From Bradyrhizobium sp. (GTDB lineage: Bacteria > Pseudomonadota > Alphaproteobacteria > Rhizobiales > Xanthobacteraceae): a stretch of DNA of 64,000 nucleotides. Below are positions 1 through 10,276 of the stretch, in pieces; position 1 is the first letter of the stretch, and each line of letters starts with the position of its first letter. Location: assembly GCA_021732175.1 (NCBI GenBank), contig JAKFVP010000375.1, positions 3,207 through 67,206 of the forward strand, read 5' to 3'. Position numbers and translations under genes: made by a program. The notes under the pieces are model-generated. The model saw only the letters and a program-made list of their open reading frames with translations. It was not told where the DNA came from and made no database searches.

Positions 1-916
1 TCTTCAGACGCCCCGCCAGGCGCTCGACCATCGCATCTATGGCGCTTCCGTCGTGATCAGGCAGCGGCGCTCCTCCGGCTCGTGCCGGCTCCTTTTCGTC
101 GATCCGCGCCAAGGCATTCTTGATCAGGGGCAGATATTCCGCGCCGGCCGGCGCCGAATCGATCAGAGCGCGCCATCGTCGCTCAGCCTCATCTCTGCGG
201 CCCTCCTGCTTGGCGCTGAGACCGAGATAATATTGCGCCATGACATCGCGGCCGTCGGCAGCTTCGGCACGAATAAAGAGGTCTTTTGCCTCCGGCGTTA
301 CGACGCCGCCGGATGCCAAAAAAATGGCTTCGCCGAGATCTCCGAGCCGAGCGGCGTCGGGACCCAGGATCTCAAGGGCATTGCGACGCGCCTTCACCGC
401 ATCATCAAAACGACCCAAGCGAATATAGACCGGCGCCAGCACTTCCCAGCCACGCCCGCCGCGCGGATTTTTCTCAAGGAAAGCTTCGACCTTGGCGACC
501 GTTTGCTCGATGCCCTCTGGCAAGGATTGACCGCCCGCTTCCGCCTCCATCGAAACCGGGGCGATATTTGGCGACCCCAGCTTGAGATAGAGCGCACCGG
601 TTCCGAGCGGCAACATCAGCACCACGGCTGCCAGTGTTGCGCGGCTATAAGACCGCGCAACGGCGGGCACCGCTGCCTGCCCCTCGACCGCCTCCGACGC
701 AGCTATCAGACGACGTGAAACCTCGATACGCGCTGCTGCGGCCTCGGCCGTGCCAATCAGTTCCGCTGCTTCGTCGCGATCCACTTCGTCAAGTTGATCA
801 CGGTAAACCGCTATATCGCTTCCTAATCGGGCGGAGTGCCGTCCCCGTGCGAGCGGCCACCACACGGCGAAAATCGCGCCCGCTGTCATCAACGCGAAAA
901 GCGACCATAGAACCAT
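1..916 (-). CDS. ccmI: c-type cytochrome biogenesis protein CcmI/CycH (3' end runs off window)
   Basis: Manual translation from ATG 916: MVLWSLFALMTAGAIFAVWWPL...SDIAVYRDQLDEV...LYLKLGSP...GWEVLAPVYIRLGRFDDA (TPR region); absent from ORF track because no stop lies in the window. Confidence 0.88.
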   Translation of the reverse strand, partial: MVLWSLFALMTAGAIFAVWWPLARGRHSARLGSDIAVYRDQLDEVDRDEAAELIGTAEAAAARIEVSRRLIAASEAVEGQAAVPAVARSYSRATLAAVVLMLPLGTGALYLKLGSPNIAPVSMEAEAGGQSLPEGIEQTVAKVEAFLEKNPRGGRGWEVLAPVYIRLGRFDDAVKARRNALEILGPDAARLGDLGEAIFLASGGVVTPEAKDLFIRAEAADGRDVMAQYYLGLSAKQEGRRDEAERRWRALIDSAPAGAEYLPLIKNALARIDEKEPARAGGAPLPDHDGSAIDAMVERLAGRLK

Positions 917-990
917 ATCGTGCGCCCGCCCTACCCCCACGCAGCCGGCCTGCGCGCTTTCTTTGCTATCAGCCGGGTCAGAACCTGCTT

Positions 991-1004
991 TTGATATAGA
1001 TCAG
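991..1004. promoter_or_regulatory. FixK/FNR box
   Basis: TTGATATAGATCAG, 75 bp upstream of ccmI; consensus TTGAT-N4-ATCAA. Confidence 0.7.
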
Positions 1005-1039
1005 GGTCGGACAGGCAGGCAAGGGCGGGATGACACCCG

Positions 1040-1600
1040 TCCTTGCCGCCAGGCCCGGATTCTACCACGCCCACGCCACGGCTGCACCGAGCAGGCGAAC
1101 GTTGTAGTTGGGATAGTTCCACCCATCGACTGTTAGTACGCGACCTGAGCCTGGTTGGACATGTGGGGTCAGCCCCAACTGGTTCTGCTGCAGCAGGTAT
1201 TCGTCATTCCCGCCAGATGAGCGTCGGCAAGACGGCGAGATTGCGGAACACGTCGACGTCCATCTGGAACTTGGCCTGGGCGTGATCGCTGTCATTGAGA
1301 TAGAATTGCCGATATGCCGGCGAGTAATTCGCCGAGTTCGGCCAGCCGGTCAGATTGGTTATGGCCCTAGGCACGGGCCACTGGAAGATGCCGACGTTTC
1401 CGAGGTAGTCGTAGTTGCCGGCGCGGCGCTCGCTATAAGTCCCGCTGGCGCGAAGGGTGAGCCACCTTTCCGGCTTCCAGTCGGCGTAGACCTTTGCGCT
1501 GTTCGGTCGTGGAGCCGGCGTCGAACCTCGTGAAATCGCAGCGCTCGTAGTTGTAGGCGGAGCCGATATTGACCGAATTGATCGGCCTCCAGGTCACTCC
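1040..1600 (-). pseudogene. Fragment of MtrB/PioB-like outer-membrane beta-barrel
   Basis: Across two frameshifts reads VTWRPINSVNIGSAYNYER..SAKVYADWKPERWLTLRASGTYSERRAGNYDYLGNVGIFQWP..YSPAYRQFYLND; no start or intact ORF. Confidence 0.55.
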
Positions 1601-1876
1601 GCAGCACCGGCGAGCGCTCCCCAGACACACATGCCACTTAGCTAGAAGAAGCTTTCGACATCCGATCGCGATACGATTCGCGCCTGGATTCGGGAAAGGG
1701 CAAAGGACAGCTGGGCGCCAGGGAGCCCGCAACTCTTGCTCGGCGTTTCCTCCCCAGCGAGAAACCAAGGCAAGTGTTTGCACAAATTTTGACCGTGACA
1801 TTTGCGCAATAGATAAGTGCGTCGCGACACGGCTAGCCTTTCCTTGAACTTGGACCTTGCCAGGGAAGGATCGACC

Positions 1877-2095
1877 ATGGCGCATCGCACGCTGGTTCTG
1901 TTGTCTTTATCGGCAATTGTCGGCACTGCCACCGTTGCAACCCTCCCAGGCGATGCATTCGCCAAGAAAGCGGTCGCTGCGTCCAAGGCTGCGGCGCCTG
2001 GCCCCGTGGCAGTCCCCAACAGCAATATCCCCGCCGACCGGGGGCCGCGCTGCTTTGACTCGCTGATCAGGTATCCTTCCCCGCCCTGTTACTAG
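1877..2095 (+). CDS. Small secreted hypothetical protein
   Basis: Signal peptide ending AFA; C-terminal C-x10-C (CFDSLIRYPSPPCY); purine-rich RBS. Confidence 0.65.
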   Translation: MAHRTLVLLSLSAIVGTATVATLPGDAFAKKAVAASKAAAPGPVAVPNSNIPADRGPRCFDSLIRYPSPPCY

Positions 2096-2330
2096 CAAGC
2101 CGAACGGCGGGCCGAGAATCGTTCGATGCAGACTTCACGCATACCATTGTGAAGGCTTCATTCTCGAAGCTGCTTTCTTTCACCGCCAGAGAGTCCGAGC
2201 ATTTTCCAGGCCAGCCGATAAACTCACCTGAACTTCGGTAAGCCTCCAGCCAGCTTCCACTCCATTCTCGGTCCTGCTAGAACGGAGCGTCCTTACTAAC
2301 GACAAACCGAAATGGCCGCTGGACTCGCCA

Positions 2331-2753
2331 ATGTACGAATGGATCAAGGCGTTGCATGTGATTGCCATCATCGCATGGATGGCGGGCCTGCTCTATCTGC
2401 CGCGGCTGTTTGTTTATCACTGCGGAGCAGAGCCTGGATCGAAGCAGTCCGAGACCTTCAAGGTGATGGAGAGGCGTCTGCTGAAGGCGATCGTCAATCC
2501 GGCGATGATCATCTCGTGGCTAACGGGGCTCTACCTTGCTGCTGCAGGTCATTGGTATTCTTCACCCTGGTTTCTCGCGAAATGCGCCCTTGTGCTGGCC
2601 CTGTCGGGAGTCCACCTGGCGCTTGCGCGATGGGTCAAGGATTTTGCGGCCGACCGCAATACCAAGGGCCAGACGTTCTACCGATTTGCAAATGAGGTGC
2701 CCACAATTCTGATGATCGGCATAGTGACTTTCGTGATCATCAAGCCATTTTGA
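2331..2753 (+). CDS. hemJ: Protoporphyrinogen oxidase HemJ
   Basis: YEWIKALHVIAIIAWMAGLLYLPRLFVYH...MERRL...NEVPT...KPF. Confidence 0.93.
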   Translation: MYEWIKALHVIAIIAWMAGLLYLPRLFVYHCGAEPGSKQSETFKVMERRLLKAIVNPAMIISWLTGLYLAAAGHWYSSPWFLAKCALVLALSGVHLALARWVKDFAADRNTKGQTFYRFANEVPTILMIGIVTFVIIKPF

Positions 2754-2920
2754 CCGACGGGTGTGATTTAAAGCCTTCGCCGGCAACCCGAAAAATTACC
2801 GTCGCTCTCAGCATCCGCCCGCACCCCGCTCTGGTTGCTCAGAGCCCGGGTAGCTGACTCTAGAGGCGCGACCGTCCAAACGCGCGAACGATCGCACCGA
2901 CTTTCGCCCCAACGGGATAA

Positions 2921-3735
2921 TCAATACTTCGCGACAACCGCTGCCGACGGACCAAATCTGTAGTTCACCCAACCCAGAATATATTGTCGGTGAAGGGCGA
3001 GCTGAACGTGCAATTTCTGACGATTGTCGTCGGCGCCGCCCTGGCCACAACGGTGGTAACCGTTCCAGTCGTCCCCCACCAACTTGCCGAGGTCCATGAA
3101 GGTACTCCAACTTCACGAACCAGTTTTGATCGTATGCGGCCTCCACGCCGCCTCCGACGGTCCAGCCGAGTCCTATATGCGACCAAGAGCCAAACAACGG
3201 ACCAACAAACAGGGGAGTCGAGGACAACTCGCCGCAGAAACTACCGAAGGCCAAGCCGCCCGTCGCGTAAACGAGAAGCTGGTCCGCCGGCAGATATCCG
3301 ACACGCCTGGTCAGTGGTGAACCAGTTCAATCTATAATCCACGGAATCCGCCGTAGATCCCGGCGGACATCCAACAGGTAGACGTCGGAAGACTTGTGCT
3401 CGTTCGTCCCCTGCACGTCGCCTTCAAGTCCGACTAGCCAGCGAATTATATCCGAGCTGCGCACCCGCATCCACGCCGTCGAGGTTGGCGCGCCCGAACA
3501 GGGGTACAGGGACAAGCCGCGTTACGACTCCCGCAGTGGTCGAGGCTCCCGTTACAGTCCCATCCGCGGTCTGGCCGCCGAGACTGTAGCCCAGATTGAG
3601 TCCCAGATAGGGTCTTGTCCAATCGAAAACTACCGCAGCGGCAACCGGCGCCTTAACCGGCAGATCTGCTGCCAAGGCGCTTCCCGCCGCCAGCATTGAA
3701 GTAAGCAAGGCACCTGTGAATGGGAATGCCTCCAT
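2921..3735 (-). pseudogene. Omp25/RopB-like outer-membrane protein, frameshifted
   Basis: ALAADLPVKAP..FDWT; GWTVGGGVEAA..WFVKLEYL; ends VVAKY; split over several frames. Confidence 0.8.
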
Positions 3736-3867
3736 GATTCTCGCCTCCGCGACTAGCTGTAATGAGAATTCTTAGTCATCCGCTGAAGTCTCTCATGCCG
3801 ATTTGGACAACAGTCGGATTTTCGTATTTGAGACAGTCCAAAATGCGAATCGATCTCAATTGGATGA

Positions 3868-3881
3868 TTGACCTCGATCAA
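3868..3881. promoter_or_regulatory. FixK/FNR box
   Basis: TTGACCTCGATCAA upstream of the OMP pseudogene. Confidence 0.8.
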
Positions 3882-4124
3882 CATCAGACGGCGCCGTTTT
3901 GATAATCTTAGCTCGGTACCATTAGCAATGGAGTGCATCAGCATCGTAGCGCCAGTTAGCCGCAATGACCGCCGGGGCATACGTTCGGGTCTCGGCCTAG
4001 CGGCTTCATCGCGAGCGGTCGCCGGGCGCGGCTTAGGGGTTGCATCAGTTAGGCAAAACTCCAATTAGCCGCGTCCGGACGTGCACCGCTAATTGAACTG
4101 TAATCGCTGCCGAAGGGACCATAC

Positions 4125-4343
4125 ATGGCGCGATACCAATTCGATAATTCTTTTGGAAACGAAGAGGATGGATTTGCTCCGTCCGCGTTCGCCTGCCCCA
4201 CAACGGGACTTGCGATTGGGATTTACGAGCTCTTCCACAATGCTTCCGACAACGAATACGAATTGATCGCCTGTCCAGCCTGCACCGGACAGCATCTTAT
4301 CCATCGAAAGACAGGGAAGACTTTCAGCCAAGCCCCGCAATAG
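4125..4343 (+). CDS. Small hypothetical protein, possible Zn-binding
   Basis: FACPTTG...CPACTGQHLI motifs. Confidence 0.6.
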   Translation: MARYQFDNSFGNEEDGFAPSAFACPTTGLAIGIYELFHNASDNEYELIACPACTGQHLIHRKTGKTFSQAPQ

Positions 4344-4853
4344 CGTGTGCGGCTCGTTATCGCGTGTGTCCAATCGACCGGATTCCGGCTTCACCATAAT
4401 CGCTAACGTTCGCGTAGTGTGCGTCCGCGTAAGTGCTCATCGATAATAGCCAGACGGACGGTGCCAATGGTGTCACAATACTTGACTAAACCGGTTCGTT
4501 CGCTGTTCAAGGTTTGCAGTGAATTGCATCCCGACTATGAGCGTCCGAAGGACTGCTATCTGTGCGGTCATATGCCGATCTGCCGGAGCGAAGCGCATCA
4601 AGTTTATCGGAAAACGGATTGCAAAAACAATCGCCCAGAGATTTTCGATCGCGGGAGCCGGTCTGACTATCAGGTCAATCAGCGCGATTATAGGCAGTTT
4701 CGAACCTAACCTGAGTCGCACCATCCGCCGCAAGAAGGCCTGGGCCTAGTCTTGCCAAGCAAAAGTTCGAGACGTGCTTTTTCGCTTGCGCTGGGCAGTC
4801 CTTGAGCGGCGCACCTCCGCCTAGCTGCGCCCGTCACACGCTCGCCCGCGACA

Positions 4854-4867
4854 TTAACTCCGATCAA
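4854..4867. promoter_or_regulatory. Degenerate FixK/FNR box
   Basis: TTAACTCCGATCAA upstream of the ATPase remnant. Confidence 0.4.
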
Positions 4868-4952
4868 ACATAGCCTTGACGATCGCGGCGATACAATTCT
4901 TGCGCGTCTCCCCTCTGGGGCACCCCTACAGCGACCGCGGGTGAAAGCACCT

Positions 4953-6621
4953 ATGCTGGCATCCTGCGAATGGTGAGGGCAGCCCAGACTGCAAAGTCAC
5001 CGTTCATCCGTATAGCGGACCGATATGCGCTCCTGCTGTTGCCGGTGACACTGCTCATGGCAGCCGGCGCATGATTGTACGCCGGTGATCCCGTCCGCGG
5101 CCTTGCCGTGCTGGTTGCGGCGACGCCGTGCTCCTTGATTCTGGCAGCTCCCGTTGCGTTTATTTCGGGAATAGCGCGAGCCGCGAAGCGCGGGATCCTG
5201 GTGAAAGGGAGCGGTGCCCTCGAAGCGCTTGCGCAAACCCATACGGTTATGTTTGACAAAACCGGTACGCTGACGATCGGCGGCGCGCGCCTCGTTGCGA
5301 TAGAAGCCGCCCCGAACCGACGCACCGACGATATCCTGCATCTCGCCCTTCCCTTGAACAGGCATCGCATCACGTCATCGCTGCGGCAATCGTCGAGGCC
5401 GCATTGGCAGAGGGCCTCCGGCCCTGCGTCCCGTCAGACATCCGCGAATCCATGGGCGCCGGTCTCGAGGGCGTGGTCGCCGAGCATTCGATCCGGGTCG
5501 GATCGCATAACTGGGTGAATGGAGCCGGCAAGCCCGAGGCGTGGGCGGTTCGAGCCCTGAGGCGCGCGGCATGGCGCTCCGCACTCTGCGTGTTTGTCGC
5601 CGTCGATGGACATACGATCGGCGCTCTGTTGCTCGCGGACGAGCTTCGGCGAGAAACTCCGCGTGCCCTTCAGGCACTTCGCGCGGCAGGCATAACGCGG
5701 ATTGTAATGGTGACAGGTGACCGAGTCGAGGCATCGGAAACGATCGGTGCGGCGCTCGATCTTGATGCGGTCCTTGCCGACCGCGAGCCGGCCGACAAGG
5801 ACGATGCGGTAGTGACTGAGCAGCGCCAAGATGTCACGGTTATGGTAGGTGACGGCATCAATGACGCGCCTGCGTTGACGGCTGCGAACGTGGGCATCGC
5901 GCTCGGTGCGCGGGGCGCGAGCGCCTCTTCAGAAGCGGCTGATATCGTCATCCTAGTTGACCGCCTCGATCGGGTTTCGGATGCCATCGGTATTGCGAAG
6001 CGTACCCGCTCGATCGCGTTACAGAGTATTGTTTCGGGAATGGCGTTGTCCGCCGTCGCCATGGCTTTCGCCGCGATCGGGTGGCTGCCGCCGGTCGCCG
6101 GTGCGCTGACGCAGGAAGCCATCGATGTCGCCGCTATCCTCAACGCCTTGCGTGCATTGAATCCCGGCCAGACCAACGGCCGCCGAATGGTGCCCGCCGC
6201 CGCCGCGGACTCCCTTCACGCGGATCACGAGCAGTTGCAACCGGCACTCGATCGCCTAAGGGAAATCGCCGACGCGCTGGACCATGCAGGCGGGATCGAC
6301 GCAGTCGCCATGATTTCGGAAGCGAATCGGATCGTGGCGAACAAGATCGTGACCCATGAGCGGAACGACGAAAGTATGGTCTATCCGCGCGTCGCAAAAT
6401 ACCTGGCCGACCGGCAGAGCCTTGGAGCCATGAGCCAAGCGCATCGCGAAATTATTCATCTCTCGCGCCTTCTGCGACGTCTCACAGACGGGCTGAGCAC
6501 TGAATGTGCCGACCCGTACCTGATCAGGGACGCACAGCGGATCATCGAATCGATCGATGCGCTTGTACGCATCCATAACGCCCAAGAGGAAGATATTTAT
6601 GAGTACGCGATAGGCGCGTAG
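4953..6621 (+). pseudogene. P1B-type (P1B-5-like) heavy-metal ATPase with C-terminal hemerythrin domain
   Basis: ATPCSLIL, DKTGTLT, GDGINDAP, QEAIDVAAILNAL and His/Glu hemerythrin tail; 5' truncated, TGA at 5072-5074, frameshift near 5350. Confidence 0.85.
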
Positions 6622-6645
6622 TGTTGGCCTCTCGTAAAAGCGGCA

Positions 6646-7218
6646 TCAGCGATGCGTCGATCGTTCTGCCTCTGCCTCCTGCTCCAGCTGCAAGATATAC
6701 TTTCGCACGATCTCGAATCTCTCTTCGACAGCCTCACTGAAGAGCGGGTCACTCTGATCCGCCAACCGCGAAGCGATCTCGTCCCAGTCCGCAGATTTCA
6801 GAGCGCTGATCGCGGCCGGAAGGAAGACTCGCTCTTCCATGGCCATATGACGCCGCTCCTGCTCGATAAAGTCGCGAATGATGTCGTTGACAGTTTGGCG
6901 CAGGAATTCCTGATCTGCGAGTACACTCTCGACCGCATGCGCGACCCGTCGTAAACGTTCGGCGCCCCGCCGGTGATCGGCCGCGAGATCGCCGATCTTC
7001 GCGGCGGCGGCGGAATCGCGCACCTTCAGCTTCTCGAATACCCTGTCTTCCAGCGGGTGGTGGTAGACGTCGGGGTAGACCTGGAAATAAGCGATAACCG
7101 CATGGACTACCTCGTAGTCAGGGCGCTCTCCCCGCGCGAAGACATCGAGCTCCCGTTCAAGAACGAGAAGCAACTTTTCGATGTTGCGATGTTCCTGGCG
7201 CAAGATGTCGACAACCAT
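6646..7218 (-). CDS. Hemerythrin-domain protein
   Basis: LRQEH..YHHPLED..LAADH..RHMAMEE di-iron ligand pattern. Confidence 0.85.
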   Translation of the reverse strand: MVVDILRQEHRNIEKLLLVLERELDVFARGERPDYEVVHAVIAYFQVYPDVYHHPLEDRVFEKLKVRDSAAAAKIGDLAADHRRGAERLRRVAHAVESVLADQEFLRQTVNDIIRDFIEQERRHMAMEERVFLPAAISALKSADWDEIASRLADQSDPLFSEAVEERFEIVRKYILQLEQEAEAERSTHR

Positions 7219-7269
7219 TGCGCCCTCCTGCTTCTCCAAAAATAATCGCAAATATCGCGTCGTAAGACA

Positions 7270-7283
7270 TTGCGATAGATCAA
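7270..7283. promoter_or_regulatory. FixK/FNR box
   Basis: Reverse strand TTGATCTATCGCAA, ~52 bp upstream of hemerythrin. Confidence 0.7.
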
Positions 7284-7587
7284 CAGGATCGTCGGCTTGG
7301 CGATGACGGCGCGAGCGAACACGTCTGTGCGTGCGGGCGACAGTGCTACTGGGCTACCATCACGCCTTCATCGAATCGCGCCAGGACAGATGCTGCAGCC
7401 TGATGATGTTGTGATGCTCCGGCCCCCGGGTTGACGACCGGGGCGCCTCCCGCTCAGCCTCTGCGCAAAGGGATGCTCAGGTACTCGTCGTTCTCTCGCC
7501 ACCGATCAACATGGCCTAAGGCGTTTGCCGAATGCAAAGAAGCATGCATATGCATGACCGAGGCAAATTCACGTTCGTGTCGAGCTC

Positions 7588-9213
7588 TCATACGACTTCA
7601 GGCACCATTTCGATCGCGCCGCACGGGCATTCCTGGGCGCAAATGCCGCAACCCTTGCAATAGTCGAGATTGATCTGAAAACCGTTGCCCGGTCCGAGCT
7701 TGATCACGGCATTGTCCGGGCATACCCCGTAGCAATTGTCGCACTCGAAGCAGTTTCCGCAGCTGAGGCAGCGGCGCGCCTCGTAAAGCGCATTGCTTTC
7801 ATCGAGCCCCCTTACGACCTCCTCAAAGGTCGAAGTCCGGCGTACGGTTTCGAGGATCGGTTGCAGGGTCTTTGGTGCCTCGCCGTAGTACCAACTATTT
7901 AGCTTGTCCATGGTGGCGACCTCGTGCTTGGGAGCCGGCACGTGGGTTTTGCCGCGTAGCCAAGCATCGATATGCCGGGCTGCCTTCTTGCCGTGGCCAA
8001 CGGCCACCGTGACGGTGCGCTCGGAGGGCACCATGTCGCCACCGGCGAAAATGCCCGCCATGCCTGTCATCATATTCGGGCCGACGTGTACCACGCCATC
8101 CTTCACTTCAAGTCCGGGTACTCCCTGCAGCAGCGAGAGATCGACGTCCTGACCAAGCGCGAGCACCACGGAATCCGCCTGCAGCGTCTCGAATTCGCCG
8201 GTCGGCCGCGGAAAGCCCGTCTCGTCGAGTTGCATCTTCTCGACCGTGATCGATCCGGCCTCGACATTCTTGATCGTCGAGAGCCACTTCATCATCACGC
8301 CCTCCTCCAGCGCCTCCTCCAGCTCAAAATCATACGCGGGCATTTTCTCGCGGGTCCGACGATAGACGATGACAGCTTCCTCCGCGCCTAACCGTTTCGC
8401 TGTGCGGGCCACGTCCAATGCCGTGTTGCCGCCGCCATAAACCACGACCCGGCGGCCGAGCAGCGGCTTATCTTCGCCTTCCATCGAGCGCAACACCTGC
8501 ACCGCATCGAGAATCCTTGCGGCTTCGCCGGCTGGAATATAAGCACGCTTGGCAATGTGGGCGCCGACCGCGAGAAACGCCGCGTCGAATCCGCCCCTAG
8601 TCATCGCTTCGCTGATGTCGTTGACTTTCGCGTTGTATTCGATTTCGACACCAAGATCGGCGATGCGCTTGACCTCTGCGTCCAGCACATCGCGGGGGAG
8701 GCGATATTTCGGAATGCCGAAGCGCATCATGCCTCCGGGCAGCGGTCCGGCTTCCTTGATGGTTACGTCATGGCCGAGACGCGCCAAATGATAGGCTGCC
8801 GACAAGCCGGACGGCCCGGCACCGACCACCAGCACCTTCTTGCCTGAGGACGGGCCTGGAGCGGCCAGAGACCAGCCATTCATGATCGCAAGATCGCCGA
8901 GAAAGCGCTCGACCAAATTGATCCCAACAGAGGAATCCAGCGCTGCGCGATTACAGGCGCTTTCGCAGGGATGATAACACACGCGCCCCATCACCGCCGG
9001 CAACGGGTTATTCTCGGTCAATGTGTGCCAGGCGGCTTCATAATTTCCGCTCTCGGCATGAGCGAGCCAACCCTGGACGTCCTCGCCCGCCGGGCAAGCG
9101 TGATTGCACGGAGGCAGGCGATGCACGTACTCGGGCCGTAGCGTGCGCCAGGTACCGGTGTGGTTGATAAGCGAGGAGCCTACGTCAAGTGTAATGGCGA
9201 AGGGATGATCCAT
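7588..9213 (-). CDS. GltD-like FAD/NAD(P)H oxidoreductase with PorD-like 4Fe-4S ferredoxin domain
   Basis: GRVCYHPCESAC, VVGAGPSG, YGGGNTA, CLSCGNCFECDNCYGVCP, YCKGCGICAQECP. Confidence 0.88.
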   Translation of the reverse strand: MDHPFAITLDVGSSLINHTGTWRTLRPEYVHRLPPCNHACPAGEDVQGWLAHAESGNYEAAWHTLTENNPLPAVMGRVCYHPCESACNRAALDSSVGINLVERFLGDLAIMNGWSLAAPGPSSGKKVLVVGAGPSGLSAAYHLARLGHDVTIKEAGPLPGGMMRFGIPKYRLPRDVLDAEVKRIADLGVEIEYNAKVNDISEAMTRGGFDAAFLAVGAHIAKRAYIPAGEAARILDAVQVLRSMEGEDKPLLGRRVVVYGGGNTALDVARTAKRLGAEEAVIVYRRTREKMPAYDFELEEALEEGVMMKWLSTIKNVEAGSITVEKMQLDETGFPRPTGEFETLQADSVVLALGQDVDLSLLQGVPGLEVKDGVVHVGPNMMTGMAGIFAGGDMVPSERTVTVAVGHGKKAARHIDAWLRGKTHVPAPKHEVATMDKLNSWYYGEAPKTLQPILETVRRTSTFEEVVRGLDESNALYEARRCLSCGNCFECDNCYGVCPDNAVIKLGPGNGFQINLDYCKGCGICAQECPCGAIEMVPEVV

Positions 9214-9224
9214 GGCCGGCCTCC

Positions 9225-10265
9225 TTACTCGTCCTCATCAACGGCATCGATCAGGCCGTATTCCGCGATGTTAGCATCGCAAATTGCCTGGAGCCGCACC
9301 ACGCGGGGGTCTTCCTGGCCTTCTTTAAAGAGGTGCGCAAAGCGTCGTTGCAGTTTCAGATAGTCGATCACCGGAACCTGACGGCGAATTTTGCGCACCT
9401 GCGTAACTCTGCCGTGCTCGGCTTCAAAGATCGGATAGAAACCACATTCGACCGCGAGCCGGGCCACACGGATTGTGTCATGCGACGCTGCGCCCCATCC
9501 GAGCGGGCACGGGACGTCGATCTGAATGTAGCGGGCGCCACGAACGCTCATTGCCTTCGTTACCTTGCGCTCCAGGTCATGCAGGTCCGCGACGGTCGCG
9601 GTCGCGACGTAGGGAATGTTATGGGCAACCGCGATCCTTGGCACTGACTTGCCAGTACCGAACACGTTGCCCGGCTCCGGCCCCACCGCCGCGGTGGTTG
9701 CGGTGCGCGCGGTCGGCGGCGTTGCGGAAGAGCGCTGCACGCCAGTGTTCATGTATCCCTCATTATCGTAGCAGATGTAGAGAACATCATCATTGCGCTC
9801 GAACATACCTGACAGGCATTGGAAGCCGATGTCGGTGGTACCGCCATCGCCGCCCTGCGCGACGACGCGGATATCGCTACGCCTCTTCACACGCATTGCC
9901 GCCGCGACGCCGGTCGCAACCGCAGCCGCGTTTCCGAAGAGAGAATGCAGCCAGGGTAACTGCCATGACGTCTCCGGATAGGGCGTGGTGAAGACTTCAA
10001 GGCAACCGGTCGCGTTGACGGCTATCAGGTTGTTGTTGGTGGCGCGCATCGCAGCATCAATGGCATAGCGAGCGCCGAGCGCCTCGCCGCAGCCCTGGCA
10101 GGCGCGATGGCCACAGGTCAATGCATTGGAGCGGTCGCGCGAGGCTTGAACGGAACGGTCGGCTTCAGCGACCAGGCGGTTACCAACGGTGAACGTGCCT
10201 TTCTGATAATATTTGAGCTTTTGGACCGCTTCCTCCGGCGCGATTGTTGTGATGGGATTGCTCAT
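9225..10265 (-). CDS. porB: Pyruvate/2-oxoacid:ferredoxin oxidoreductase beta subunit (TPP-binding)
   Basis: GHRACQGCG, ATGCLEV, GGDGG..DNEGYMNTG..S, PCPLGW. Confidence 0.9.
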   Translation of the reverse strand: MSNPITTIAPEEAVQKLKYYQKGTFTVGNRLVAEADRSVQASRDRSNALTCGHRACQGCGEALGARYAIDAAMRATNNNLIAVNATGCLEVFTTPYPETSWQLPWLHSLFGNAAAVATGVAAAMRVKRRSDIRVVAQGGDGGTTDIGFQCLSGMFERNDDVLYICYDNEGYMNTGVQRSSATPPTARTATTAAVGPEPGNVFGTGKSVPRIAVAHNIPYVATATVADLHDLERKVTKAMSVRGARYIQIDVPCPLGWGAASHDTIRVARLAVECGFYPIFEAEHGRVTQVRKIRRQVPVIDYLKLQRRFAHLFKEGQEDPRVVRLQAICDANIAEYGLIDAVDEDE

Positions 10266-10276
10266 GATTCTTGTCC

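Noticed and set aside
53-718. 221-aa + strand ORF
   Set aside because: Antisense shadow of ccmI
4419-4749. Short overlapping ORFs
   Set aside because: No recognisable motif or RBS
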